From Hydrolagus colliei (lineage: Eukaryota), in contig CM068747.1 in NCBI GenBank assembly GCA_035084275.1, positions 23,250,001 through 23,314,000 on the forward strand: a stretch of 64,000 bases of DNA. The letters are read 5' to 3'. Numbering within the stretch: the stretch's first letter is position 1; the number at the start of each line of letters is the position of its first letter. A model generated the notes under the pieces. That model was not told the origin of the DNA. It ran no database searches and worked only from the letters and a program-made list of their open reading frames with translations. Shown one piece after another: positions 48,452-60,975 of the stretch. The position numbers and the translations under genes were made by a program.

Positions 48452-48750
48452 GTACAAATTTTGCTTGTAAATCAATGCTTGTTTCAGATGCGTTAAACAT
48501 GAAAAAATAACAAGTGAACGAAGGGTTATCAGTAATCACTCCCAAAACAATTGAAGCAATGACATTTTCACCAGTTTCTCACATGGTCTCGATAGCAGGG
48601 GGACCATGCATTATGCCACTGGTCTGTATATACCAGGAGTATCTGTAGGTCAGATCTGTGATCAGTGCTGAGTTTAGCCATGGAAGTAGCTAAGACCATT
48701 CTTCTGTACTAGGGAGAGGGTAGGCAATTGCTTGGGTTCCCACATCCACA

Positions 48751-49155
48751 GGAGCTCCTGTAGCCCAGTGGTTAGAGCACTCACCTTACTCAACACTTAT
48801 AAGCTCTCACAGTCCCACAGTTATTAGAGGAGTTAGTTGTGGAGTTAGTTATGGAGTTCTGTAGCTCAATGGTTAGAGCACTCGCCTTGCAAGCATGAGA
48901 CCTGTGCTTCGAATCCAGGCAGGTCAGGGCGAAACCTTGGGCAAGTATCCTTATTCCACACGCCTAATAATAATCCCTCCAAAAACCACAATAATAAAAT
49001 TGGTCATTTCAAGCCACGACTGTTTGTGGGACACTGCTGTGTGTAATTGGCTGCCACGTTTTGCCCACAAATATACAGTCAATTCACTTTACAGTATATT
49101 CTGTGAAGCGCTTTGAGACGTCAATAATAAGATGTGAAAGGATTATTATTATTAT
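48751..49155 (+). mobile_element. Composite tRNA-SINE (partial head, 64-bp spacer, full SINE)
   Basis: GGAGCTCCTGTAGCCCAGTGGTTAGAGCAC, spacer, then GGAGTTCTGTAGCTCAATGGTTAGAGCAC..TTCGAATCC..(ATT)n. Confidence 0.88.
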
Positions 49156-49503
49156 CTGGTTATGCTGTGGTGGCTCATGTTTAGAAAGTATTCAGGCAAC
49201 GACAGGATCAAACCAAAGCAGTATCGTTCCCCTCCACGAGCCTCCCCCTTTGCCATTGCATTGAAAACATATCCTATTTCAGCAGGCTTCATTCATATTT
49301 TGACATATTTCTAAATACGTTTTGTGATGCCACCTTGCGTGAAGGATGTTATATAAATGCAAGCTGTTGTTGTAAATATTGTGTGTATTGCATCTCAATG
49401 CTTTTTGGACCATGGTATATTGGCTGCAAGGATACGTTCTCATTGCTTTCTTACCGAATTAACAATGCGTTAACTGAAACATTATTCTTTAACATTCCTA
49501 AAG

Positions 49504-49572
49504 CTCCCAAGAAGCCTGTATCTAGACAGACTGCCCATGCTATTGTTGAAGAAGAAATTTCTGCAAAGAAAG
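49504..49572 (+). CDS. TTN: Titin PEVK exon
   Basis: 69 bp, aag|..|gtacag; APKKPVSRQTAHAIVEEEISAKK. Confidence 0.85.
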
Positions 49573-50243
49573 GTACAGATAGCAAGGCACCTTTGCTTTT
49601 TTTTACCTCTGACAAGTCAAATTCTTGTTGCCCATAACAGGGTTCTTTCTTTAAATGTAATGTACAGTTGCTTGTTTAAATCATTGTTTAATTGTTTAGT
49701 TCAGTATCTTTTTCTTTGCCCTTGTGTTACACAAACTTGTGTCTTTTTGCATTTGTCTATGTTGTTGGACGTCTGTTGTTTCATTGTTGAAGAAACTTTT
49801 ATCCTAATCAATTCATTTGTATGCGACATATTCTTAAACGTTTTGCCATTGAGGATTTCATGCAGAGCTTTTACATTTTAAGCTGTTAGTTTGACTTTGC
49901 TATTCCAGTCGCACTAATTGCAATAACCAGTCTAGACTAGAGTTACTTTTATTCTCCGTATCCTTATGCTTTATACCTTCAAATAGTAATTGTATTCTGA
50001 TTCATTTGGCGATATTATCGATTGTCAATTCTGGACACACAATGAAATTACATTAAAATCAGCATCAAATATCAGCTCCACCAAACTGTATTTATTTAAC
50101 AATGTTTTCGTTTCCATGCTCGGCTTTTAGACATAATTTAGGTAAATTGACAATATTGTGTGTTTGATATACATTGTTAAAGATGTGTAAGTGTCTTCAA
50201 TATGAAGCCTCTTCATTAATTAATAATAATAATATCTTTACAG

Positions 50244-50333
50244 TGTCTCAAGTTAGCAGCAGGACTGGAAAACTACCAGAAAAACTTCCTACAGATAAAG
50301 TTCCTATTACAGATGAGATCATGGCACAAAGAG
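50244..50333 (+). CDS. TTN: Titin PEVK-region exon
   Basis: 90 bp; VSQVSSRTGKLPEKLPTDKVPITDEIMAQR. Confidence 0.8.
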
Positions 50334-50537
50334 GTATAATGTGCTTGCAGATTGCCTTACAACAAAGCTCCCCCTGTTAATATTATCATTGGCTTCATTT
50401 TATTCCTCTGGTAGCAACTGCTAATTGTGTTGTACTGGCCTTGCCTTCTGTTTTGTCTGCCTTTGTGAACAAATGTAATCCTTGCTTATTGTGTGTGTTT
50501 GTTTTTATCAAGTACAGGCATATTGATAAAAAGAAAA

Positions 50538-50929
50538 CTCAACACTTATAAACCATCACAGTCCCACAGTTATTAGAGGAGTTAGTTGTGGAGTTAGTTA
50601 TAGAGTCCTGAAGCTCAATGGTTAGAGCAATCGCTTTACAAGCGTGAGACCTGTGTTCGAATCCAGGCTGGTCAGGGCGAAACCTTGGGCACATTTCCTT
50701 ACTCCACACGCCTAATAAAAATCCTTCCAAAAGAACACAATAATAAAATTGGTCATTTCAATCCATGACTGTTTGTAGGACACTGCCGTGCGCAATTGGC
50801 TGCTGTGTTTCGCCCACAAATGTACAGTCACTTCACTTTAAAGTATATTCCGTGAAGCGCTTTGAGACGTCTAGAAGATGTGAAAAAGCGCTATATCAAC
50901 TGCAAGGATTATTATTATTATTATTATTA
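50538..50929 (+). mobile_element. tRNA-SINE with 64-bp 5' leader
   Basis: A box AGCTCAATGGTTAGAGC, B box GTTCGAATCC, (ATT)n tail; leader shared with 48789-48852. Confidence 0.88.
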
Positions 50930-51283
50930 GGTCAAACATCATTTGTAGATCATCATTGGGGTCAGATGTTTTTTTGAGTGGGGAAAGACCGCTTCGGACA
51001 ATAAAAAAAAAAATTCAAAAGAAAGTGTCCATTTGGCCCATTTGATTTCATCCTTAGCCTAAAAGAACTGGGTTGTCCCGTTAATTCATCTTACTCTTGG
51101 GAATACCAATTTTCTATCTTGCTGTGGCAATGTATATGATGTTATTACGTACTTCTTTTAAGAGCAAAAATAGTCTGTGTTTTGCTTGAAACAGAAGTCT
51201 TTTTCATCCAATGGGCTGTTTTCATTTTTGATTGACAAGGATAAGCTTGACTTGAAATTTAAAACTTAAAATGCTCTTTGCAG

Positions 51284-51361
51284 TGTCAGAATTGCGTGAG
51301 GAACGAATTCTTGAAGAACATATAAGCATTTCAAGAGAAGAAGAGATTGTTGCAATAACAG
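51284..51361 (+). CDS. TTN: Titin PEVK Glu-rich exon
   Basis: 78 bp; VSELREERILEEHISISREEEIVAIT. Confidence 0.82.
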
Positions 51362-51829
51362 GTATTAAAATAACAACTCTATCTGAATATATCTTTAGGT
51401 AAATATTTCTCTTAATAAATATGCTGTTGTCCGTCCTTTAAAAATGTTTCGAGTGTTCAAATCCGTCTTTAAAAATAATATTGCAGCATTATTTCATTGT
51501 ATAATGCAACTATTTTGAATGTTTATTGACTGTTTATTTCTGCTTCACTTAAAATGTTTGCTTTTACTCTAATGCTGAGGAACCATCAAAATATACAGTG
51601 GTTCAATGTCATGAAGTAAGCAGGGATTTTATATTGTGTTGATTAATGAAAAGAAACTTCAACTTAAACATTTCTGCATAGCAAATATTTTTTCCTGAAA
51701 ATATATTTCAAACCTAAATAAATGCCAGAGAATAAATGCCAGGCTAAATTAAAGATGAAAGACAGGCAGGATATCGCTTAAGCAATGAGAGGTTGTTTGG
51801 AATAAAACGTTTCACATTAGATGATGATT

Positions 51830-52000
51830 CGCATCGGGTGGAGTGCCTTCTGCCCCAAATCTCCTGAACTTTCTCCCTCAATCTTCTCTTCCCTCAATCC
51901 CTCTGCCTTGCCCCCTTCTTCCCCCCACCACCCAATTTCAAACCCCGCTTAAAGACCTTACTTTTGATTGTTCTTTCAGTCACCTCTTGTTGTTGTTGAA
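51830..52000 (+). mobile_element. Degenerate L2 3' fragment
   Basis: TTTCAAACCCCGCTTAAAGACCTTACTTTTGA...(TTG)n. Confidence 0.45.
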
Positions 52001-52121
52001 TAGCAGCACATAATCCGTCCATTGGTTGTCTGTTTGCACATTCATGCTGAAATGTTCTCAGTGCATTTAGCGATTGTCGGATTATTTCTCCATTAAAAAT
52101 ATGAAACTGTCTTATTTAAAG

Positions 52122-52199
52122 TCCCGGAGATTCCTCGGAAACCAGTACCTGAAGGAGTGAAACCAGTTCCAACCAAGAAAGAAGTTGCACCTGTGAAAG
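52122..52199 (+). CDS. TTN: Titin PEVK (PPAK-type) exon
   Basis: 78 bp; VPEIPRKPVPEGVKPVPTKKEVAPVK. Confidence 0.92.
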
Positions 52200-52669
52200 G
52201 TACAGAAATCAACACATTATTGGTCAATGCAAACTACATTTTTACCGGTAGTTTTCCTTTGCTGAGTCTTGGAATGCATTTTTGGTTACGTGCTAATCGC
52301 ATTCTGTGACACTATATAAATCACGCGGTCTTCAGTCTTGTGAATTTAACATTTTACACTGGTTGCTGCTGGAAGATATTTTTGAATCTTAAGAAGCTTT
52401 TTAAACTAGCAAATGTTATTATCATGAATATCTTACGCTTGCTGTATGGAAACATTTCTGGTAACCATTGTACTTCAGCCATATATTTTGCGCGCGGAAG
52501 AAATTGTCTTGGTGACGAGTCCGCAAAATGCTTCTGAAGGAAAAGCATTTTTGACTTACAATGCTCACTGCTTCTGGGGAAGGTGTGCCTGTGTGTGTGT
52601 GTGTGAGCTTTGTATAGTGTGATTTCCTGTTGGTTTAAATAAGTTTCTAATACATATAAATCTTTAAAG

Positions 52670-52735
52670 TGCCAGAGCCGCCAAAGAAACCGGAGCCTGA
52701 AATTATTCCAAAGAGAAAAGAAGTCCAGCCAAAAG
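52670..52735 (+). CDS. TTN: Titin PEVK exon
   Basis: 66 bp; VPEPPKKPEPEIIPKRKEVQPK. Confidence 0.92.
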
Positions 52736-53378
52736 GTACAACTTACACAGTTATGCAGAGCCTATCATTATGTTGCTTTCGGACTTGAAGTGAAACAATA
52801 ACTAGTCTTCACATTAACTTTCCAATCCAAACCAGGAGCTTGTCTGTCCTGCTTATTCTACTGTTCGTGAACAGTTGTTGTTCTGTGTCAGTCTTGTTTC
52901 AATCTTGTGGTCCTTGTCCATGCATTGTACAAGTACAGATTATGTATGTCACTGCAGAAGATATATACATTGTTATATTTTTGTAACACATCAATTAGAT
53001 TGGAGTCTAGGTATTTTATAGACATTGATTCTAATATCTGTATAAAAAATACCTACAGTACATTCTGAATCTATTTTTAGTCAACTTTTACAATTTGAAT
53101 CATGTTAGCTGGAAAAACATGAAAGACACTAATCAGTGAAAACAATTTCTCTGCTGAAATTTTTTAATATATTCTATTTGATGAAGATTACTGTTGTATC
53201 ATTGCAAACACATTCCCCCTTTGGTAAGTTCTTCAAGTTGCCACTTGTACATAAGCAATCATCTCAGTTTTGAAAGAGGACATGTCTGTCATGCGCATTA
53301 CCTTGTTGAACAAATGTGTTCAGTTCTGTATGTTTTCTTCAATGAGTCCAATCTTAAAAAAGACTATGTTGCTTTAAG

Positions 53379-53462
53379 TGCCAGAGGTTCCTAAGAAGCC
53401 AATTGTTGAAGAACCTAAACCTGTTAAAGTTGCAAGGAAAGAGGCGGTTGCCCCAGTAGAAG
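53379..53462 (+). CDS. TTN: Titin PEVK exon
   Basis: 84 bp; VPEVPKKPIVEEPKPVKVARKEAVAPVE. Confidence 0.93.
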
Positions 53463-54314
53463 GTACAAAATATAAAGCAAGATTTCATCCAACATTTAAT
53501 CTTCTACATTTAATCCTATTTTCATTTCATCGGAATGAAAGCCAGGCCTCTTCTCTTTATGGCTATTTCATAACCTCTAACCTTGCTCCTGGTGTTTCTT
53601 CTGATACAAATATCTGTGTCTTGCCTTTTAATATTTGTTTATTTGTCTCTAAATGTTGTCTTTCATTCTGTTATGTTGTGGTGGAAATCCATATTCTGGT
53701 GGAGTCTCTTAATTACAGGTGCTCTAACAGTTTAATTTTAATCATATTTTAATAGTTTAATATTAACAATATAAATAGATTGGAGTTTGATTTGCCATAT
53801 TTGCATTGCCGAGCATCTGATATTTGGAGTCACTTTTTGATGTAATTATTAAAATGTGTGAACCAGTTTAAAAACTTTACAATATCACCTCCCATTGTAT
53901 TTCATATGTGTGAGTCACGTCATTGTAATTTGATGTTGTCTTTGATGTTAAGTGTGTCAGTGCTTGATTTGAGGGGTAAGGTGGGAATTGAATGGTTCCC
54001 ACTGAATCATAAATTCTGAACTGAATCTTAAATTCAGTGAATTTATGAACTGAATCATAAACCCACCAACAAACCTTCATTTCATGCTCAAACTAAATGT
54101 TTGCATTTCGGCTAACTCATTCTTCGTAACTGGGGTTGAAACTATAGTTTAATTAAAAACCTCGTAATTTATCCATAAATCATTAAATGTAAATGCAAAT
54201 AAGTTCTTCAGGTTTTTTTTTGCAATGCAATAAGAATCTGAACTAAATGCAACACAGATATCAATTTGTAGGTGATCTAGTTATTGATAATACTAAACGC
54301 TGGTAATAGGTTAC

Positions 54315-54625
54315 AGCTCCTGTAGCTCAGTGGTTAGAGCACTTACAAGTGTGAAACCTGTGTTTCAAATCCAGGCAGGTCAGGGCGAAACCTTGGGCAA
54401 GTTTCCACATGCCTAATAATATTTCGTCCAAAAGAAACCACAATAAAAAAAATTGGTCATTTCAATCCACGACTGTTTGTGGGACACTGTTGTGTGCAAT
54501 TGGCTGCCGCGGTTCACCCAGAAATATACAGACAATTCACTTCACAGTATATTCTGTGAAGCGCTTTGAGACGTTGATAAGATGTGAAAAGCACTATATC
54601 AAACGCAAGGATTATTATTATTATT
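54315..54625 (+). mobile_element. tRNA-derived SINE, near full length
   Basis: AGCTCCTGTAGCTCAGTGGTTAGAGCAC..TTCAAATCCAGGCAGGTCAGGGCGAAACC..(ATT)n. Confidence 0.88.
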
Positions 54626-54720
54626 ACAGTTCAGCCTTGAAACAACAACAACAAATTACGTTTATATAATGCCTTTCACATCAGGACGACATCCCAATGT
54701 GCTCAAATTCTAACTCATGG

Positions 54721-54870
54721 AAGAACGTAAGAACATAAGAATTAGGAGCAGGAGTAGGCCATTCGGCCCTTCGAGCCTGCCCCGCCATTTTATAAGATCA
54801 TATCTGATCTTCTGACCTAACTCTAATTACCTGCCCTATCCCCATATCCCCTAATCCCTCTATTTTTTTA
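54721..54870 (-). mobile_element. CR1 LINE 3' terminus, antisense
   Basis: AAGAACATAAGAATTAGGAGCAGGAGTAGGCCATTCGGCCCTTCGAGCCTG, with an 8-bp terminal repeat typical of CR1 tails. Confidence 0.75.
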
Positions 54871-54987
54871 AAAAATCTAAGGAAGGTAGCAATATCTTTT
54901 TTTAGCAATATCTTAAATGATAAATCAAGCACTGATGTTTGCATTTTTGAAATGTGTCTGGTTTTAAAACAATGATGTTCTTTAAAG

Positions 54988-55068
54988 TGCCAGAGGTTCC
55001 CAAGAAGCCAGTTGTTGAAGAAGCTAAACCAGTCACTGTTGAAAGAAAAGAGATTCCTGCAGCAAAAG
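54988..55068 (+). CDS. TTN: Titin PEVK exon
   Basis: 81 bp; VPEVPKKPVVEEAKPVTVERKEIPAAK. Confidence 0.93.
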
Positions 55069-55873
55069 GTACAATGCGACTTGATGGCTTTTGCATCAGT
55101 GTCATTACGCGGTGTGGGAATCTAATGAAAGGATTGTTTCTCTTTGTGTTTGTCTCTTTAGTCTGAATCAGACATGGTTTGTGGATGTTTGATGTGATAC
55201 AAATGTTGTCGCCTTGTCTGCAATTAACCTTGTGTTTGTATTGCTCTGTGTAAGTGTAATGAGCTCATAGATTCTGTGCCTCTGTTTTCCATACTTACAT
55301 CTCTTATGTTGTTATATCTGCTTCCATTATATAACCAAATAGCACCTTAATATTTTATTCACCATCGCATCCCTTTACATTCTTTGAATTCCTTACACAA
55401 GAATTCATTTTTGAACATTTGAATTCATGCAAAATTTATTGTAAGAAGTTAATATTATTGAATTCAGTAAATATCCTCTTCATGGTTTTTTTTTAAATCT
55501 GATTTTATTTCATTATTTTATTGAATCAATTATTACACAATTCAGCTTGGAAAGGAGAAACAATAAAGAATATTACCCAATATGACCCAATTTCTAACAA
55601 GTTATTTTTGTTATTTTCATTATTTGTCATTGGGTCTCTATTATTATTAAGCACTTATTATTATGATGATAAGCTCTCTGGGATGCTGCCCTGGTGAAGG
55701 GTGCTATACAAATGCAAGCTGTTGTTATCAGTCAATCCCCAATCATAACATATAATGTACAGAACTAGTCACCCTGTTCATCTAACTGTTGTCATATGTA
55801 TGTTTTTTGTCATCTTGAATGCTGAATACATTTCTTGAATTACTTTGGTCTTAAACTACACTATTCTTTGAAG

Positions 55874-55957
55874 TCCCGGAGGTTCCTAAGAAGCCAGTTG
55901 CTGAAGAGGTCAAGCCTGCTCTTGTCCCCAAAAAACAAGAGATTCCTCCAGCCAAAG
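55874..55957 (+). CDS. TTN: Titin PEVK exon
   Basis: 84 bp; VPEVPKKPVAEEVKPALVPKKQEIPPAK. Confidence 0.93.
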
Positions 55958-56159
55958 GTAATTCAATAAACCAAACGCTATCTTTCCATTGTGCGGCATC
56001 TGTTCTTACCATTAATTCTCTGATCTTGATCAGAATTCAGTGCCATTGGTTTGAGTCGGATCCCAATTGACCTTGAACCAATCATATGTAATATATCGAA
56101 CCAGCAATTCATTAACTGGACTGATCACTTGATAAATGACCATGTATTTAATCTTTGCT

Positions 56160-56345
56160 TTAGGATGTATCAAGATGGTAAAACAAGAGGATATGCATTT
56201 TAGGGTTGTAAAGGGCAATTTAAGTCAGATATCGGGACTTTTTTTTACACATTGGGTAACCAATGACTAGAAAGGTTTTCCAGAAAAGATGGTAGAAGCC
56301 AGGGTTAATACTCATTTACCAAAGCAGTTTAATGCAGTGCCTGTA
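56160..56345 (+). mobile_element. Degenerate CR1 3' fragment
   Basis: AAAACAAGAGGATATGCATTTTAGG..TTTTTTACACA..CCAGAAAAGATGGTAGAAGC (TRGH..FF.QR..W..LP..VVEA-like). Confidence 0.55.
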
Positions 56346-56575
56346 GAGAGCGAGGGATGGGATGAGATGCATTACTTCATCCAGACTTATCTTGTGATTT
56401 TAGTTGTAATAAATAGCATTTTTGCTAAATATATTGTCTCATGCTTCAATGTTGTACGTGCCAGTTGCCCACTAAATAACCAACCAAAGCCTCTTGTGTT
56501 TAGTTACTTTTTAAACATCTTCAAAATATGTTTTCTTGACTGAATTCTGATCACACTAAATAATATTCTTTGAAG

Positions 56576-56659
56576 TGCCGGAGGTGCCTAAGAAGCCAGT
56601 GGCTGAAGAGGTTAAACCCGCTGGCATCCCAAAAAGAGCAGAGGTCACACCAGCCAAAG
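56576..56659 (+). CDS. TTN: Titin PEVK exon
   Basis: 84 bp; VPEVPKKPVAEEVKPAGIPKRAEVTPAK. Confidence 0.93.
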
Positions 56660-57429
56660 GTAGAAACTACAGAGAGTTTTACACCCCCTTCATTCTTTGT
56701 GATGCAACACCTTGTTCTTACCTTTTGAGGGTGGAAATATTTTCTGCTTCATATTCAAACCCTGTTTGCCTTTGTCTGATACAAAGGCTGATTTGTCTGA
56801 TTAATTGTGTTGTTATCATTTATGTATGGTACATGTTTGTGGTGGAGTGTAATTGGTATATTCGTTATTCAAATGGCAACTTGATATTCTAAATCTGTCC
56901 TGAAATTCCAAGTGCTTCATTAATTTCCTAGAAATATATGCAGATTTTCTTTCCAGAGATCACCAGCTGATCTGAATCACTGCATTTGAATCAATATGAA
57001 TGTGCCATTTCTTTTAAAATTATATTGTAATACATCATTAGAAAAGTCCCCCTTTTTAATCAATAACTACCGAAAGTGTTTCATCCGATATTATAAACCT
57101 TTATCAGAGAAAAGGTGGATCAGTGCACATTTTTCTTGCCTCAGGGAAAGTATCAAGCTCATAAGTTTGAACTTTGTTTTCAAAAAAATTGAACTCGTGC
57201 CCTGATTTGGAAAAACAAGACAGATGTTCTTTCTCTGGACACCTGGATATTTAAGATGTTTGTAAATTGTCCCTTTGATCGAACGATTGTGTTGGTTCCA
57301 AATGAGGGAAAATCTTATTTGTTTTGTCTCTCATGTGTTTCGTGTCGTGTTGATTTGTTGTTAAAATCATCAATGTTCTGCACATATTCTTGTGTGAATC
57401 TTTTCTTAAATCAATGATGTTCTTTGAAG

Positions 57430-57513
57430 TGCCAGAGGTTCCCAAGAGGCCAGTGGCTGAAGAGATCAAACCAACAGCTGTTCCACCCAAAGAAGAGATT
57501 GTGCCAACTAAAG
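57430..57513 (+). CDS. TTN: Titin PEVK exon
   Basis: 84 bp; VPEVPKRPVAEEIKPTAVPPKEEIVPTK. Confidence 0.93.
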
Positions 57514-58496
57514 GTAAAGAAGGGCTTTTAATAGCAAAGCCTAATTCTTGTGTAGAATTGCATCTCAATTTTAACCATTGTTACCGTCATTGTTACCTGT
57601 CCTGGTTTTGTCCTGAATCCTAATCCGAACCTTTCTCCTGGTGTCTCTTGTTCGAACGTAGTTCTTCTGTTTAATTGTTTGTCTGTGTCTGCTCTTGTGT
57701 TCCAATGTTCTAACATCATGACAGGAGTTGCTCCCAGTCTCCTGGCTAACAGTCCCCTGATAACACTGTTCATATTCACTTCATGACCATTTGTGGGGAC
57801 ATTGTTGTATAAAATGCAGTAAAAATCTATGAAGGGCTTTAAGACGCCCTTGCTTGTGGGAAAGGCATTAATTAGATCAAATGTGAAGACTATTTTGGTT
57901 AATCTTTATAGCCATGTAAACATTGTGTGTATCTTAACAGCAGTACTAACATACATGGAAAATGTGTTTGATTGCAAGACATGAACAATATTGATTAGAC
58001 TAGAGTATGATCTTTGCTTGGGAACTATACGGAATGCAGTTTGCTGAGAGTAAAATGAATATTTTAATGAGTTATTATCTTGGATGTTTGTATTGAAGAA
58101 AGTATTTATAATAATTAATGGGAAACATAACTAACTGCGACATTGGTTAGGGAAGGATCTTATTTTGATTTTTTAGTATATTCTTATTGTTATCTTCTGT
58201 TACTACCAAATGCTGCTTGAATTTTCAATCACTCGTCATTACATAAAAGAAAATGAAAGCGTAAAAGGAAAAAGCTATGTGATAAGTCAAGCCTCCAGAA
58301 TAGCCCCTATCATATATGTCACTATATTACGTTGGGTTTTCATTTTATAATTCTGCTTCAGGGGAAATATCATCTTTTATTCGTTCAATTTGTCGTGTAC
58401 GTTCCACATTGTCTTAAGTGTTTCCTCTTCATATCTTGAGGAACACAAATTCACTCTTGAATTGACTTGGTTTTAAAATAATCATATTCTTTAAAG

Positions 58497-58574
58497 TGCC
58501 AGAAGTTCCCAAGAAGCCAGTTCCTGAAAAGGTGAAGCCAATTACTGTTCAACGAAAAGAAGAGATCGCTCCAG
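58497..58574 (+). CDS. TTN: Titin PEVK exon
   Basis: 78 bp; VPEVPKKPVPEKVKPITVQRKEEIAP. Confidence 0.92.
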
Positions 58575-59283
58575 GTACACATCTACAAAGGGCATTTAGG
58601 CAGACTTTATTTGCCTTCGTTCTGGGTAGCTCTTGAAATCTCGATTGCAGCCTTGCTTGTTATTGCAGATGCAATATGTACTGTACACCTTTGTGTCCTG
58701 AATGTTTGGATGGTGTGTTAAAAGTGTTGCAAATCTGTGTGATGTGTTTGCACTCCACCCGGTCATTATCCTGTCATAACACCACCACCACTGAAACATG
58801 TTGAATAAAACAATTAGTTTTTTGTAAATAACAGATCACTGCAGATTGATTGGAACTATTTATATTTAATCAGATGTTAGAAGGCACATTACTTGAACAG
58901 GATACCATTTACTGTCAGCGATTTATGGGTGTATTTTGCTAATTTGGTAATTATATGCCAATACAAATCATCGAATTTGCGAAATTAAGATTTTTAAAAA
59001 TTTTTAAACACCTTTAATGCTTAGTATTTTAGTGATGTAATATAAGTACAGAAACCATCCTACTATTATTATAGTAATAATTATTATTATCATCAGTTAA
59101 TGCTCAGTTACCCAAAGGCAACACATTACATACATGTACATTGATTGGATTTTAAAAATGTAATTGTTTGTAGAATATGTTCTGTCATGTGTGTGTTATG
59201 GTCTTTCGTTACTTATGGTTTTTTTCAAAGTTTGTACATTTTCTTGAGTAAATTCGCTCACAAAAATCTAATATTCCTCAAAG

Positions 59284-59367
59284 TGCCCGAGATTCGTAAG
59301 AAACCTGTGGCTGAGGAAGTGAAGCCAGTTACTGTTTCAAGGAAAGAGGAGCCTGCACCAGAAATAG
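59284..59367 (+). CDS. TTN: Titin PEVK exon
   Basis: 84 bp; VPEIRKKPVAEEVKPVTVSRKEEPAPEI. Confidence 0.92.
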
Positions 59368-60230
59368 GTATAGAAGATGCATATTTATGCAATACTATTC
59401 TTATTTACTTGCTTCTTTACACCTGTTTCATACATTTATGCAGTAATAGTGTTGTGAGTTCATGCTGTACATTACATGTGTTTGTCTGTGTTGACGTCGC
59501 AGTATGTTTGACATTGCAAGAAAAGCTCTTTTAAATATTGAAGACATCAAAGAGCACCCATAGTAACCAGACAAATTTCATTAGAAAATGTAATTGGAAT
59601 GATTCACCTATGTGGTTGTACCTTTCATAGAGCATGACTAGCTTTACAACTTTGATAGAGAGCACTGAGCTTAGGGAAAGAATTATTGATGTTGATCAAT
59701 AATTGAGGGTTTTTAAGGCACAAGAGAGGAATGAAGGCCAAGAAGAATTGAAAAGAAGTTCTAGAAGACATGACATATAGCTTAGTCACCTATAGCAGAA
59801 CATAGTGGAGCAGTGGGGGGATGAGCAAAGTGCACTGGACTGTTGGTTATGACCTCTGTGATTACTAAAGTTACGTTTATTTAATTGGAAAATCACCAGA
59901 ACTTTTTATTAAAAATTCAAGCAATTTCCCTCAATCTTTCAATAAGAAATTATTCCTATTGTTGGCAGTTGAAAACGGATGCTGTAACATATCGAGTGAA
60001 ACATTTTGGATTTAAAATATATATATAATTCAAAGATCAATGCAGATTGAGGGTAAACATTTACATTTAAATATATCTTAACATTATTCACATTATTTAC
60101 ATGAGTTCTTATCCTTTGGAATTAGTAGTTCCATTGTTTGTTTCATATGTTGTATACGTGTTTTGCGTGGTCTTATTTGTCTAAATTACATGTTCTTCTT
60201 GAACGATTGAAACAATAATATTCTTTAAAG

Positions 60231-60314
60231 TGCCAGAGGTTCCTAAGAAGCCAGTGGCTGAAGAAGTGAAACCAGTTACTGTTCCAAGAAGAAAGTTGAC
60301 CCCTCCAACTGAAG
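60231..60314 (+). CDS. TTN: Titin PEVK exon
   Basis: 84 bp; VPEVPKKPVAEEVKPVTVPRRKLTPPTE. Confidence 0.93.
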
Positions 60315-60655
60315 GTACAAAACTGGAGAGAAAGATTTTATAAAGCCTGAATTCTTCACCAATGTGCTTGTCTGTTCCCACCATGAGAATGAAAACTGTG
60401 TTCTATATTTCACACTCTTCTCTCAAACTCTATCCAGCATCTCTTTATATTCTTTCTTATTATTCTGGTGGAATTAAATTCCACCGTATTTGTTCATTGG
60501 TTTGTTCTGTATAATGTTGTGATGTTCGATATGTACTGTTATGACTGGTTTTGTCCGTCATGTTCACATGCCTTGGAGTCACTTGGCTTCTGTATTCCAC
60601 GTACTGTGTGTTTTCTTGAGAGAATTATTCACTAAATCACAAATATTCTTTAAAG

Positions 60656-60739
60656 TGCCGGAGGTTCCTAAGAAGCCGATGGCTGAAGAAGTCAAATCTG
60701 TTGCTGTATCTAGAAGGGTGGAGGCTCCTCCCGCTGAAG
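60656..60739 (+). CDS. TTN: Titin PEVK exon
   Basis: 84 bp; VPEVPKKPMAEEVKSVAVSRRVEAPPAE. Confidence 0.93.
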
Positions 60740-60975
60740 GTACAAATATAAGAGAGATTTTATAAAATCTTTAGTCAGTGTGGCTACAAGTTCCCATCAT
60801 TAGTATGAAAACTGTGTCTACATTTCACAATCGTCTTTTAAACACTGTCCAGACTCAGCTTCTGGTACTTCTTGTTTTGATGGAATTGAACCACGACTGT
60901 GTGTATTCATCAAAGTTCTGTTGTGGTGCTTCAAATTTATGTTTTACTGTGCATCTTGTTCATATTGTCTTAAGT

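Noticed and set aside
48853-48925. tRNA-like A/B boxes (also 45619, 50602, 54315, 60976, 37985)
   Set aside because: They are SINE heads followed by the family body and (ATT)n tail, not tRNA genes
54409-54669. Recurring short ORFs containing CGTLLCAIG..IHFTVYSVK (also 42599, 49061, 50765, 61089)
   Set aside because: Translations of the SINE body, not a peptide family
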